Of a stretch of DNA of 64,000 nucleotides, positions 13,263 through 25,390 are shown piece after piece. The translations under genes were made by a program, and so were the position numbers. The stretch's first letter is position 1. Every line of letters begins with the position of its first letter. The notes beneath the pieces were generated by a model. That model was not told the DNA's origin. It searched no databases and saw only the letters and a list, made by a program, of their open reading frames with translations. The stretch comes from Octopus sinensis (taxonomy: Eukaryota), in contig NC_043008.1 of NCBI RefSeq assembly GCF_006345805.1, positions 992,001-1,056,000 of the forward strand, given 5' to 3'.

Positions 13263-13986
13263 CTATGTATATATATATATATAAACAACTTCAGGAACAA
13301 TAGTCGTTCATTGACCACTATTGATCGGAAGATTTTTCTACCGCAGGGTCACCCGTTTACAGCACACATAGACAGCTTATTTTCTGTTTGGGTGTCACTA
13401 TTCAATGTCTTGAATTTTTGTCCAATTTGTTTCTTCTCGGGTGTTTTGGTGTATTTTAGTACAGCAATTATTGACGAGAGATTAACTTCTGCCATGAAAA
13501 AATGAAGGACGATTTATTTGCTTTCAAAATTTGGCAAATCTTGGGATAATTTTTGCCAATCGAACGCCACAGACATATAGGTGCCTGTTTCCATAGTAAC
13601 TATTAACGCTGTTACAAAGCTGTTTACATACGTGGTTATTATTTGCTTACGAAATACTTAAAACACATGAATTATGAGGTGGTCGTGAGAAGTGCTAAAA
13701 ATAATGGGCCTTAAATCGTGCACCATTTTTTGGTATTTGTTTTTGCACATTCGTATTAGGTCTCGTGCGTAGAATACAAATTCTATAGAAATTTTTAGAA
13801 AATTCAAAAAATAAAAAGGTTATGAGGGGTTAAGTGGTGTAATATTTCCACAAGCGGAGCCACGCATAGAAGATCCCACATACATACATACATACATACA
13901 TACATACATCATACATATATGCACACACATACGTGCATGCATACAAACACACAGACATACACACACACACATATATATATATACGT

Positions 13987-14219
13987 TATTTTCATCAGTT
14001 ACACTTGACAGATATTTGTCCTCATCTTGTTTGTTGTTAACACTACGTTTCGGCTGATATACCCTCCAGCCTTCATCAGGTGTCTTGGGGAAATTTCGAA
14101 CTTGCGTTCTCATTCCTAAGGTATTTTTTGATGTTGTTGTTGCTGTTGTTGTTGTTGTTCTTATTCTTCTTCTTCTCCCCCTTCTTCTTCTTCTTCTTCT
14201 TCTTCTTCTTCTTCTTCTT

Positions 14220-14306
<87 letters not shown>

Positions 14307-14423
14307 GTATTATTATTATTATTATTATTTTATTATTATTTATTATTCAGGTCACTGGCTGGAATCGAACCTGGAATCTTGGGGTTAGCAGCCGGTCGTC
14401 TTAACCACAACGCCATACGCTCC
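13987..14423 (-). mobile_element. tRNA-head SINE-like element with microsatellite body and hammerhead tail (copy 1)
   Basis: Minus strand: tRNA-like head 14423-14348 (A-box tggcgttgtgg, B-box ggttcgattcc), (AAT)n(AAG)n(AAC)n, then a tail homologous to 14644-14790. Confidence 0.8.
14039..14084 (-). ncRNA. Minimal type-I hammerhead ribozyme motif (PLE-type), intact core
   Basis: gacac-CTGATGA-A-GGCTG-gagggtatat-CAGCC-GAAAC-GTA-gtgtt: full CUGANGA/GAAA core, perfect 5-bp stem II, stem I of 4 bp plus G-U, GUA triplet. Confidence 0.7.
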
Positions 14424-14456
14424 TCATAACATTTTTAATTTTTTGAATTTTCTAAA

Positions 14457-14592
14457 ATGGTGTAGTGGACAAGAGTGCGGGATACTAACCCCAAGATTCA
14501 GAGTTCGATTCCTGGCTGCGACCTGAATAACAACAACGACAACAACAACGACAACAACAACAACAACAACAACAATAATAATAATAATAATA

Positions 14593-14631
<39 letters not shown>

Positions 14632-14820
14632 TAATAATAATAACATCGAAAAGTAATTTTGGTATGAGAACCCAGATTCGAAATTTCCCCAACACACCTG
14701 ATGAAGGCCGGAGGGTATATCAGTCGAAACGTTGTGTTAACAACAAACAAAATGAGGACAAATATCCGTAAATAATGAAAATAATGTACATAATTCCTCA
14801 TCTCTTAAATATAGAACTGT
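14457..14820 (+). mobile_element. tRNA-head SINE-like element with microsatellite body and hammerhead tail (copy 2)
   Basis: A-box tggtgtagtgg 14458-14468, B-box gttcgattcc 14503-14512, (AAC)n(AAT)n 14527-14643, homologous tail. Confidence 0.8.
14693..14738 (+). ncRNA. Minimal type-I hammerhead ribozyme motif, stem II partly decayed
   Basis: cacac-CTGATGA-A-ggccg-gagggtatat-cagtc-GAAAC-GTT-gtgtt; GUU triplet; one mismatch and one G-U in stem II. Confidence 0.6.
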
Positions 14821-15595
14821 ATTTTTAATATGTATAAATATATATCATATTCCCTAGTTTTATTCTCTTGTACTTTCTACAATATTTACCTATGCTCGCA
14901 GTTTCATTATTTATGACATTCTATAACACCATCAGGTTTCACCTGTCATTCTTGTTTACGCGCAGATTTGCATCTCCGAGTATATACGAGTAAAATGTGA
15001 ATGACACCTACAGTTATCCATGCCTGTTTTTCTTTTTTGTTATTAATCTTCCCCCCTTGAAACTCTTACAGTTCAAATAAAAAGAGAATGCTATCAAAAT
15101 AGATAATGGGAATTATAATATATATATATATATAAAACATATTTATGTCTGCCAAAATCTTCCAACAGAAATTTGATAAATAATTTTGCCATGAATTTCT
15201 AGAACTTTAGTTAAAATTTGTATGAAATAAAGCAGAATGCAATCCAGTAAACTTTTACCAGACGTTGTAATTAATAATGAATGGACTACATATTTGTAAT
15301 GTTGTGTTAAAATGTTATTCAGCTTCGACAGTTGCTTGTTAGTTCGTTTCAGTATGAAATAAATCTTCGCCCTGTTCAATATGGTTCAATCATTCTAAAC
15401 AAGTGATGGAGCTAAAAAAAGAAACACATTAACGAACGACAAAAACCAAATACAAAGGAAAAAGAATAGTTTTAAAAAGAAACAAACAGAAAAAACTATT
15501 TATTAACTTACGTGAAGAGTTTACATACACAAATAGATTATCTTCCTTGATAAAATCAGTCACATTACCATGGAAGTTCAGAGTGGAAATTTTAA

Positions 15596-15605
15596 ATACA
15601 CACAC

Positions 15606-15638
<33 letters not shown>

Positions 15639-15909
15639 TACACACACATATATATACATGCACAGATACAAGCATACGTACATACATATATACAAACATG
15701 TATACATATACAAGGATATGTACATATATACGCACATATTTACACACACACACACTCACGTAAACACATTCACACACACACAGACACACATACACACACA
15801 GAGACACACACTCACACACACACATATATATATTCATTCTAAATACATACATATAAATATATACATACATATATATATATGTATACCTAACGATAAGTAT
15901 ATTTTATGA

Positions 15910-15948
<39 letters not shown>

Positions 15949-16080
15949 TATACAGGTATATACATACAGACATATATATACATACATATATATATATATA
16001 TATATATTTATGCATATACATACGTACATGCATACATAGGTACATTCATACATATATACATACATATATACATACATACA
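15596..16080. repeat. (CA)n/(TA)n/(TACA)n compound microsatellite
   Basis: Seen directly. Confidence 0.9.
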
Positions 16081-16399
16081 TGAATAAGTACAAATAAAGC
16101 CGAGAAAGATGCTGCAAGACAAATGAAATAGTTCTAGAAATGCTATCTACCAAGTCTGAAGGGAATTTTCGTTGATTTCTCGAAACAACGAAAACAAGAA
16201 AGCCAAAGAAAATAAAGAGAAAATCACTTCAGCTGTTCGTTTCTATTTTCAATTTACAATTAATCACTGCATATTGATATTGACAGTTTTCATTGCTTCA
16301 AAAACGGAAGGAGAACTATTTCATTGAATGAAAAAGTAAAAGAAGTAAAAATGAAATCACTGAATACGTATGTGTGTATGGACGTATCCTGATGCATAT

Positions 16400-16413
16400 A
16401 TATATATATATAT

Positions 16414-16469
<56 letters not shown>

Positions 16470-17063
16470 GTATATATATATATATATGTTTGTGTATATA
16501 TAGATATATATATATACTTACATATAAACATACATACACATATAAATACATATCTATATATATATATACATGTGTATCTATACATATATATATATATATA
16601 TGTATGTATATATGTATACATATATATATGCATATATATATACACATATACATAGTTATATATGGATATATGTATATATATGTATACGCATATGTGTGTA
16701 TATGTGTGTATATACGTATATACGCTACATACATACACACACACATATGTATATACATATATATATACGCATAAATATATATGTAAAGATATATATATAT
16801 GTACATATATATGCATATATATATATATAAATATATATATACATATATATATACATATACGTGCAACCATGCACATATATTCTTTCATAAGCATACATGT
16901 GCGCATATGTGTGTGCACACCCTATGACGGTTCTATATACTCACACATATGCATGCATATATATATGTATATATGTATATTTATATATATATGTATATAT
17001 ATACGTATATATGTATGTATATATGTATATATATGTATTATATATATATATGCATGTATATAT

Positions 17064-17120
<57 letters not shown>

Positions 17121-17160
17121 TATATGTATATATATATATACATATGCATATATACACATA
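16400..17160. repeat. Large degenerate (TA)n-based microsatellite
   Basis: Seen directly. Confidence 0.95.
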
Positions 17161-17552
17161 ATTTAAATGAAGATATACGTGCAACAATGCAGACAACAAC
17201 ACGCGGACGAACTCATATGAAAACTCGCGCACACACAAATACACATACACACAAACAAATACGCCTTACCCAAATAGAGATACGAGCACACAGAGACACA
17301 GATAAGACGGGTGGGGGAGGACACCGAGGAAAATAAATAGAATATAATAATTTGACTATTGTTCGGACACTTTACATTGGCTCAGTGTCAAAATTTCCAA
17401 TTCACTAAATACAATGCTGTTGTTTAAATTCCCAGAAGCTGTTTTATTTGTAGATATATTCAGGAAATTTTGTGAAGATTTTGAAGTGCTTATATAGAGA
17501 TAAATATGTATATACGTATCTAGGTCTGCCTAATATGTGTGCATATATATAC

Positions 17553-17583
<31 letters not shown>

Positions 17584-17649
17584 CATATAAATATAGATAT
17601 AATTATATATATGTGTGTGTACGTATGTGTGTTTCTCTCTCTGTCTCTG

Positions 17650-17680
<31 letters not shown>

Positions 17681-17889
17681 GCACTGCGCATGTATGTATA
17701 TATGAATGGACGTATATAAATGTACATATCATATCTGTAATTTAGTACGTATTCATAAGAGTGCAGTCTGGAATTTTGATTATGTAAAACCTGTTTCTGA
17801 TGTATACTTACGCATGTATCAAATGCCATTATATGTTTGTGTGTGTATATATCTATATCTTTATCTATATCTATATATATATATAATAA

Positions 17890-20800
17890 ATATAACAGCA
17901 ACAGAGGAGATCTAGGACAACAACAAAAACAAAATACAACCACGTTTCACCTCTTACAATCAAACAACGAAGACAGAACCATGAAAAAACAATAACACCA
18001 AATAACATAAACATGAACTATGTATCCTCTGACCAAGTGGCAAACCAAACAGGCAACTCTTTTTTACTGACTTACCTAGAAAATATGAAGGCCGACCTAA
18101 GCCAGATGATCCAACGAGCTATCAGCAACCATTTATGCAAATCGCAAGGACCACACACCCACTACCAACAAGAAAATCATACAGCTCCATACAAAATCTA
18201 CCCACATTGTTACCAAAGGAACAACATAATACATAACTTAGAACAATGCAAACATCAAACTACCCTTACCTCGACATTCCTGTTAAATGTACGTGGCATC
18301 AACCCATCAATCATTGCCCCAAAATGGAAGATCAATATATAGTGAGTTGGCTTGCCGAAACGGCACATTGCTTCTCTTTCTTTATCCTTACTGAAACTTA
18401 CCTAAACAACACCCATATGGATGCCGAGGTGAAAATAAAAGATTTCACCATCGTTCGTGCAGATCGCACAGACCTAAATAAAGGAGGGACAGCCATCTTT
18501 ATCCATGACTCCTTTTCACTTGATGCCAAGGACGTATTTTCCAATGGCTATTGTGAATCTATATCACTATTCAACAAGGCCAAAGACATAATCATTGTTG
18601 GTCTTTACAGGCCTCCCCAAGCCTCTCTAAAGTGCTTTGAAGAGTGCCTTAACAAAATCAAGTCTTTCCTTCAAAAATACAACTACGGAAACATACTAGT
18701 TATGGGTGATTTAAACCTCCCTCATATAAACTGGCCCCAAAATACTCTGAAGTTAGGCAAATGCACTACATCAGATAAAGCAGCAGAAGATTTACTCTTT
18801 AATCTAATGGATAAATTCTTCCTGACTCAGCTAGTGCTCGAACCAACAAGACAGAATAAAACGATCTTGGATCTAATTTTAACCAACTACTCTAGTTTCG
18901 TTAACAGTATATCAGTTGAAAAAACTCTCCTCTCAGACCACGACATGCTACTCTGCAATTTTAATTCCCGACATATCAAAACCAAATCAGCCAATCCCAT
19001 TCTATGGCACTCATTTAACAACATAAACTTGCACAAAGCGGACTGGGGAGCAATCAGAAAGGATCTGTCTTTCATCGACTGGTCTTTTACTCTCAATTCA
19101 ACCCAAATTGTGACTGCATGGCAGCACTTTGGGAACATTGTCACCTAGCTCTAAACACACTCCTACGAAATATACTAACACAAACAGAAACCGGCTCCCT
19201 AAAAAGAAAAAAAAAAACACTCATCAGGCGCATCAAAAGACTCAATAAAAAATCAACCAATTAAAATATTCCCACATACAACATCCACATTCAACAACAA
19301 TAAAAATGGCTAGAGTTGGAAAAACTTCATCTGCAGACCGACATGAAAACTTCCATTAAAAATCAAAGAGCTGTGGAGGAACAGTGGGTAATCAAAAACA
19401 TCAAACAGAATCCAAAAGTGTTCTATTCTTATGCAAATAAGCATAGAACCACAGTCTCACCCATTGGGCCATTGATTGATGATAACGGCAATCCCCAACA
19501 CGATGCTAAAGAAATGGCAGAAATACTGCAGAAACAATACTGCTCTGTCTTTAGTGTTCCCACTGATATTGACGTAAGAGAAGCGAACGAAGTTGATTCC
19601 CAACATAAAATCTCAGACATAACTTTCACTGCCTCTGACATCATAGCAGCAATAAATGAGGTCAAATACTATTCTGCTGTAGGCCCTGATTGATTCCCCG
19701 CTAATCTCCTGAAGGAATGTAGACACCAACTTGCAGTCCCTCTGACCAACCTCTGGGGAAATTCGTTAAACTCAGGTTATATACCGAAACAGCTTCTATC
19801 CCAGACTGTCATCCCGGTTTTCAAACAGTGAAAGCGATCCCTCGCAGTCAACTATCGCCCAATCTCACTCACCTCCCACATCATTAAAGTGTTTGAAAGA
19901 GTGTTAAGATCAAGGATAGCTGACTTCCTGGAGACCCAGAAACTCCTAAATGCAAATCAACATGGCTTTCGCTGTGGCAGAAACCGTCTAACACAGCTCT
20001 TACACCACATTGAAGATATACTCAAAACCTTGGGAACGGGTTCGACTCTGATGTCATATATCTTGACTTCAGTAAAGCGTTCGACAGAGTTGACCATACT
20101 ATCCTACTCTCCAAATTGGCAAATGTTGGAATCCGCGGAAAACTTCTACACTGGATTAAGTATTTCCAGGCGAGTAGAACACAACATGTTGTAGTTGATG
20201 GAGTCCACTCAAGCCCAGTAAAAGTCACCAGCGGTGTCCCCCAGGGGACTGTCTTGGGCGCGCTACTCTTTATAATTTACATAAACGACCTTTTCAGTGT
20301 CGTACGTTACTGCAAAGGGAAAACATTTGCTGATGACACTAAGCTCCAGCAAATCATCAACGAAGAAGCAGACCGAACTCAACTCCAGTCTGATCTATAT
20401 GCTGTGAGTCAATGGGCAGACAGAAACAAAATGCAACTGAACGAGGGAAAATTTGAGCTGATGCATTTTGGAAGAAATTCCTCACTAAAACAGCCATACT
20501 CTCTTCCTTCAGGGGAACCGCTCACAGCTTTAACAATATCAGAGACCTGGGTGTAATTGTTGATGACGATCTCAGTTGGAGTGCACACATCAACAATAAG
20601 GTCGATATAGCTCGTAGGATGAGTTCCTGGATCTTAAGAACTTTCCGGTCCAGAGAACAAGGTGTCATCATACCACTTTTCTCCTCCTTTGTACGGCCAC
20701 ACCTCAAATACTGCTGCCCACTGTGGTCTCCCCATACAAGACAAAACATCTCGAGGATTGAATCACCCCAGAGGGCACTCACTAAACGAATTGAAGGCAT

Positions 20801-21306
20801 GGCTGCTCTCGATTATTGGGACCGCCTTAAAGCATTGAAGCTCTACTCTCTCCAGCGTCGCCGTGAGCGGTACATCATTTGTACGATGTGGAGAATATAC
20901 CGTCAACTCTGCCCAAACGACCTGAACATTAGCTTCAAGGTTCATCCAAAACTGGGACCACGGGCCATACGTCCCCTGCCCAATTCAAGATCACAGCATA
21001 CATGAACACTGCAACATAATTTCTTTTCCTCAACAGGCCCTGCCCTATTTAACATTGTCCCGAAAGAGATCAAAGAGGAAAAGGATCCCATCAACTTTAA
21101 ACGGAGTTTGGATAGATTCCTTCAAGGAATACCAGATAAGCCACCCATAATTGGATACAACTCACCCAACAAAAACTCACTATTTGAATGGATCATGAAC
21201 AAAACTTGACTTAAACAGGATTTAGATAATCCTATTAGGTGGTGTTATTAAGTTAGACATGGCCTGGACCAATCTTTGGTCGAAACATATCTAAATTTTA
21301 TCTAAG
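17890..21306 (+). mobile_element. CR1-clade LINE, long copy (probable ORF1 tail + complete but broken ORF2 + 3' UTR)
   Basis: APE and RT motifs in order; 3' end with hairpin and (atctaaRtttt)2 terminal repeat; 5' boundary approximate. Confidence 0.9.
18260..21209 (+). pseudogene. CR1 ORF2 (AP endonuclease + reverse transcriptase), several stops and frameshifts
   Basis: LLNVRG, FILTETYL, VGLYRPP, VMGDLNLPHINW, PTRQNKTILDLILTN, SDH; RT NYRPISLTS, NQHGFR, SGVPQGTVLGALLFIIYINDL, FADDTKL; C-terminal YCCPLWSP, LYSLQRRRERY, ends NSLFEWIMNKT*. Confidence 0.92.
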
Positions 21307-21309
21307 TTT

Positions 21310-21375
<66 letters not shown>

Positions 21376-21521
21376 CAGAGAGAGAGAGAAAGAGAAAGAT
21401 GGAGAGAGACATATATATATATATATGTGTGTGTATATACATATATTTATGTATATATATATATGTATGTATGTATAGATGTGTGTGCATTTATATGTAT
21501 ACACACAAACACACACATACA

Positions 21522-21557
<36 letters not shown>

Positions 21558-21559
<2 letters not shown>

Positions 21560-21700
21560 TGGACGGAACATTGTGTTTTGTTCTTGAGCAAGTCACTTCT
21601 TTGACTTTGATCCCGTTCACTCAGCGGTCGAAAGGGATTGCGGTGTCATTAGTGACAAGTTACTTCGCCCTTTGTGTTCTCCTTGGTTACATGTGTGCTG
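21558..21700 (+). mobile_element. Degenerate CORE-like SINE fragment (family C)
   Basis: gtgttttgttcttgagcaagtcactt...ttcactcagc, CORE-like; matches the reverse complement of 42570-42610. Confidence 0.55.
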
Positions 21701-22199
21701 TATTTGTATGCACGCTTGTATATATATCGGGATACGCTTCTCTCAGGACATTTTAAAATTCTGTACGAAGCATCTTGTTTCATACGTCTTGCAATACTCT
21801 TTATTTTATGATTTACGTGATTCCAAATTGATTTTTCGGTTATTTCATCTTTTATGGTATAACGTACCCAATGTATCTGTGAATAGTTCAAATCTTGTTC
21901 TCCTGAAGTATTGTAGCTGACTTCAGAAAATCAGGTTCTGTTCAGCGCTAAAAGTATAAAACTATAATGCTTGTTTTCCCCACGAATTTTCTGTTACTTT
22001 AAAACTCTCTTTCATACTTTCCCTATAATTCCATGCCACAGACAATGATCGTCTCTTATTGTTAAATTTTTATCGGAAAACGTTGTGAACCTATTCTTAG
22101 GAATTCGGTGCACAATGTATAAGACTACATCTTCACATAGAAACATTTCGAGAACTCGAAATGAATCATTTAATTCAAACCACCTTCATTACGTAATAT

Positions 22200-22510
22200 A
22201 GGCTTACAAGTTACACCCCTAACTGGAGAAACACTATCGGGGATTCAAGAAAAACTAGTGACAGACACCCATCTAAAGAATGCACTAGAATACCAATAAG
22301 AAACTTGATGGAAATATTGACCGTCTGTGCAGAAACTAACTACTTCAGTATGGGCACTGGTATATATTGACAAGAAGAGGATTTAGCTATGGCTTCACCA
22401 TTATCACCGATAATAACCAATTTGGCTTTAGGATAAACACCACTAAAACCAACCCTATGGCAGCGATATGTTGATGAAACCTTTATACTCCGACCTCACC
22501 AGGAATATGT
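22200..22510 (+). pseudogene. Penelope-like element reverse transcriptase fragment
   Basis: LMEILTVCAETNYF..GIY*QEEDLAMASPLSPIITNL..PTLWQRYVDETF, matching the PLE motifs Y.Q..G.AMGSPLSP and W.RYVDDTF; catalytic DD mutated to DE. Confidence 0.8.
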
Positions 22511-22611
22511 CTTCATAACTGGAGTGGATAGTATGTTTTGAGGTAGTTGTTGCTTAATAGATTGTTACTGAGCTACAAGGAATTTTTAACTGTCAAACGT
22601 TTGCGACACAG

Positions 22612-22765
22612 GTATACTTCATGGAAAGTTCCGGGGATTCCCCAACTTCCTGGAAAACCGATCGGAAATTCCATGGAAAGTTCCGGGGATCCTCCACTTC
22701 CTGGAGAATCGGTAGGAAACTCCATGGAAAGTTCCGAGGGATTCATGGATTCCCCCACTTCCATG
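22612..22765. repeat. Minisatellite, 51-52 bp unit, about 2.7 copies
   Basis: atggaaagttccggggat.. recurs at 22621, 22673 and 22724. Confidence 0.9.
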
Positions 22766-22955
22766 ACGTAATGAAGGTGTTAGCGAGGGAAGCTTATCTC
22801 CATAACACCTGTTGAAAAAGGCACCCATCATTTTGACATGTCTGCAAAATAGAAGATGTCCTTAACACGACTGACAAAACAACATCTCTGCTACTTATAT
22901 ATCAGAGAACAATTAAGCCATGACAGTGCTGGAAATCAAGTGTACGTACGTATGC

Positions 22956-23005
<50 letters not shown>

Positions 23006-23479
23006 GTGTGTGTATGAGTGTATGTATATATACATACATACATATGTATGTATATATATTTATATGTGTGTGTATTACGTATGAAATATGATACAACGAT
23101 TCTAAGTTGCTGCGTTTTCAATGCTGCTTAGGGGAATAGAGTCTGCATAATTTGAATTACTTGAAGATGCAATCAAATGTTATTTTCCGATATTGAGTAA
23201 ATTTTGACGTTAATGAAATCTTCAGTTGCATCTTGACCTAGCTGTGTCATGTATATAAAATTGAAGATTATCTCCGAGGTATATACGTCTACTAAACTTG
23301 CCATGCTATAAAAGGACTATGGTAATTTAACATTATTTACAGCACACCCATATCTCCAAACATATTTATGAGTAAAACAAAGCATGGATGATTTTACATT
23401 TACACACAGAAGCGTTATATACAACTGGGAAAGTTCTACGGAGAACAGTTGCAAAATTCTTCCACAAAAAGACTCAAAT

Positions 23480-23930
23480 TAGTTCGAAGATGATCCTATC
23501 AAAATCTTCCACATAAAAACCTAATAGATTTGGAGATGACCTCATACAATGAGATTGACATGGCAAATTCAACACTAGATCGAAGAGCTTTCAATACAAA
23601 CTACAAACATTTCTTCACATTTTAAAAACAGCCGCAAACATATTTATAAAAATAAATAAATCAACAAAAAGAAAATATTATGAGGTAAAAATCCCAAGAC
23701 ATATAAGAAACAAACCGCACCACTTATAATTTAATGAATGGTGAGGCAAAATAGTTGGCTGCGCAATTTAAGATTGAGAACACAGAGGAGAACCACTAAA
23801 TCCACGAAATGCTTTTGTAACCACGAAAGACCACAAATACAAGTTGACGCAAAATCCATGGATTAGATTGATAAATCCCGCAAATAACGAAATAGGCAAA
23901 TTAGTAAGTCTTTATTAGATAACGTCATAC
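23480..23930 (+). pseudogene. Second Penelope-like element fragment (RT N-terminal region, different lineage)
   Basis: LMNGEAK*LAAQFKIE, NAFVTTKDHKYKLTQNPWIRLINPANNEIGK(I)SKSLLDNVI; resembles the AFITLKDHK..RLINP.K.EIG.ISK motif of invertebrate PLEs. Confidence 0.65.
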
Positions 23931-24096
23931 ACCATATAAGAGCCTTTTCAAGTCTGACCATCCTCAACAAGACGCAGCCCTCCTTGTGGTAATAACAATC
24001 AACTTCTCATTCAAATTTAAAATAGCTGAAGACTAGCATCACACTTGGAACTAGGAGTACCATTGAATTTGATTCAAACTGATTTGCCACTCATTC

Positions 24097-24140
<44 letters not shown>

Positions 24141-24147
24141 TAAATAC

Positions 24148-24395
24148 TTGTTCTTTTACAAGATTCATAATTTGACTGCGACAAATTTGGAGGTGCGCCT
24201 TGAAGGGGTTTAGTCGAACAAATCGACGCCAGGACTTATTCTTTGTAGGCCTAGCACTTACCCTAACTCTCTCTTTCCCGAACCACTAAGTTACGGAGAT
24301 AGAAACATACCAATAGTGATTGACAAACACTGGGGGACAAATATAGACACAAGAGACAAGCATAAATACATACATACACACACACAGACACACAG

Positions 24396-24447
<52 letters not shown>

Positions 24448-24615
24448 CACGACAGGCTTCTTTTAGTTTCCCTCGATCAAGTTCATGCAAAAAGCTTTGG
24501 TAGCCCCGAGTCTATAGTAGAAGACACTTGCCCAAGGCGCCTCAGTGTAGGAATGAACCCGGAACCACGTGTTTTGGAAGAAATCTACTTACCACATAGC
24601 CACGCCTGCGCCTAT
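24148..24615 (-). mobile_element. Full-length, diverged SINE family A
   Basis: Head ...accacatagccacgcctgcgcct, CORE gaagacacttgcccaagg, tail tttgactgcg. Confidence 0.85.
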
Positions 24616-25258
24616 AAAAATTCAACAACCGCAAACCTTTATTGAAACATACTGTATTCTCATCAGTGCGTTTATGTCAATTTAACCGATCTTGCTCAAA
24701 GTTTCGCATGTGTATATGTTATCCGAAGTGTACAGTATTATATATCCATTATGGCCGACCTTACAAATTGTTTGTGCGCAAGGGATTCAACGTAGTGTTA
24801 GGTAATAAACCGATTATTTCACCTTGAGCCGATATGGAATGAAGTATGCTCCCCATCATATATATATATATATATACATATATACCAAAATTTATATGTA
24901 CTTATGCATACACACATATGTATGTTCTTATATATATGTGTGTTTGTGTGTGTGGGGGTATGTGTGTGGGGGTATGTGTGTGTGTAAGTGTAGGTTTGTA
25001 TTTGTGAGTGTAGCTTTGTGCTTCCGTTTGTCACTCATCGTCGCTTGAGAACCCATGTTGGCTTGAGTAAGGGAGAACGATATAATCACTACTAAGCTTT
25101 AAAAATTTAAGTACTGGTAGCAGTTACTTCGAATAAAGCCTTCTAAGTAATGTTCAAAGCATGCCTAAAGCTGTACGACTAGAAGAGGTAGAAGTTCCGA
25201 GATACATACATGCGACTATATGTATATATGTATGTATATGTGTATGTATGTAAGCATG

Positions 25259-25319
<61 letters not shown>

Positions 25320-25390
25320 TATATTATATATATAATATATATATATATATATTTATGTACGTATGTATATGTATGTATGAATGTATGTAT

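Noticed and set aside
14348-14525. Two tRNA-like sequences as real tRNA genes
   Set aside because: A/B boxes are present but I could not build a proper acceptor stem/cloverleaf; they run into a microsatellite and a shared tail, so they are element heads
21253-21294. ttaga..GACCA/TGGTC-GAAAC..tctaa as a hammerhead
   Set aside because: Topology is similar, but CATGGCCTG replaces CUGANGA; treated as the LINE 3' recognition hairpin instead
22850-22890. tagaagat-gtc..gac-aaaac as a hammerhead remnant after the PLE RT fragment
   Set aside because: Both core halves would need correction; too degenerate to support
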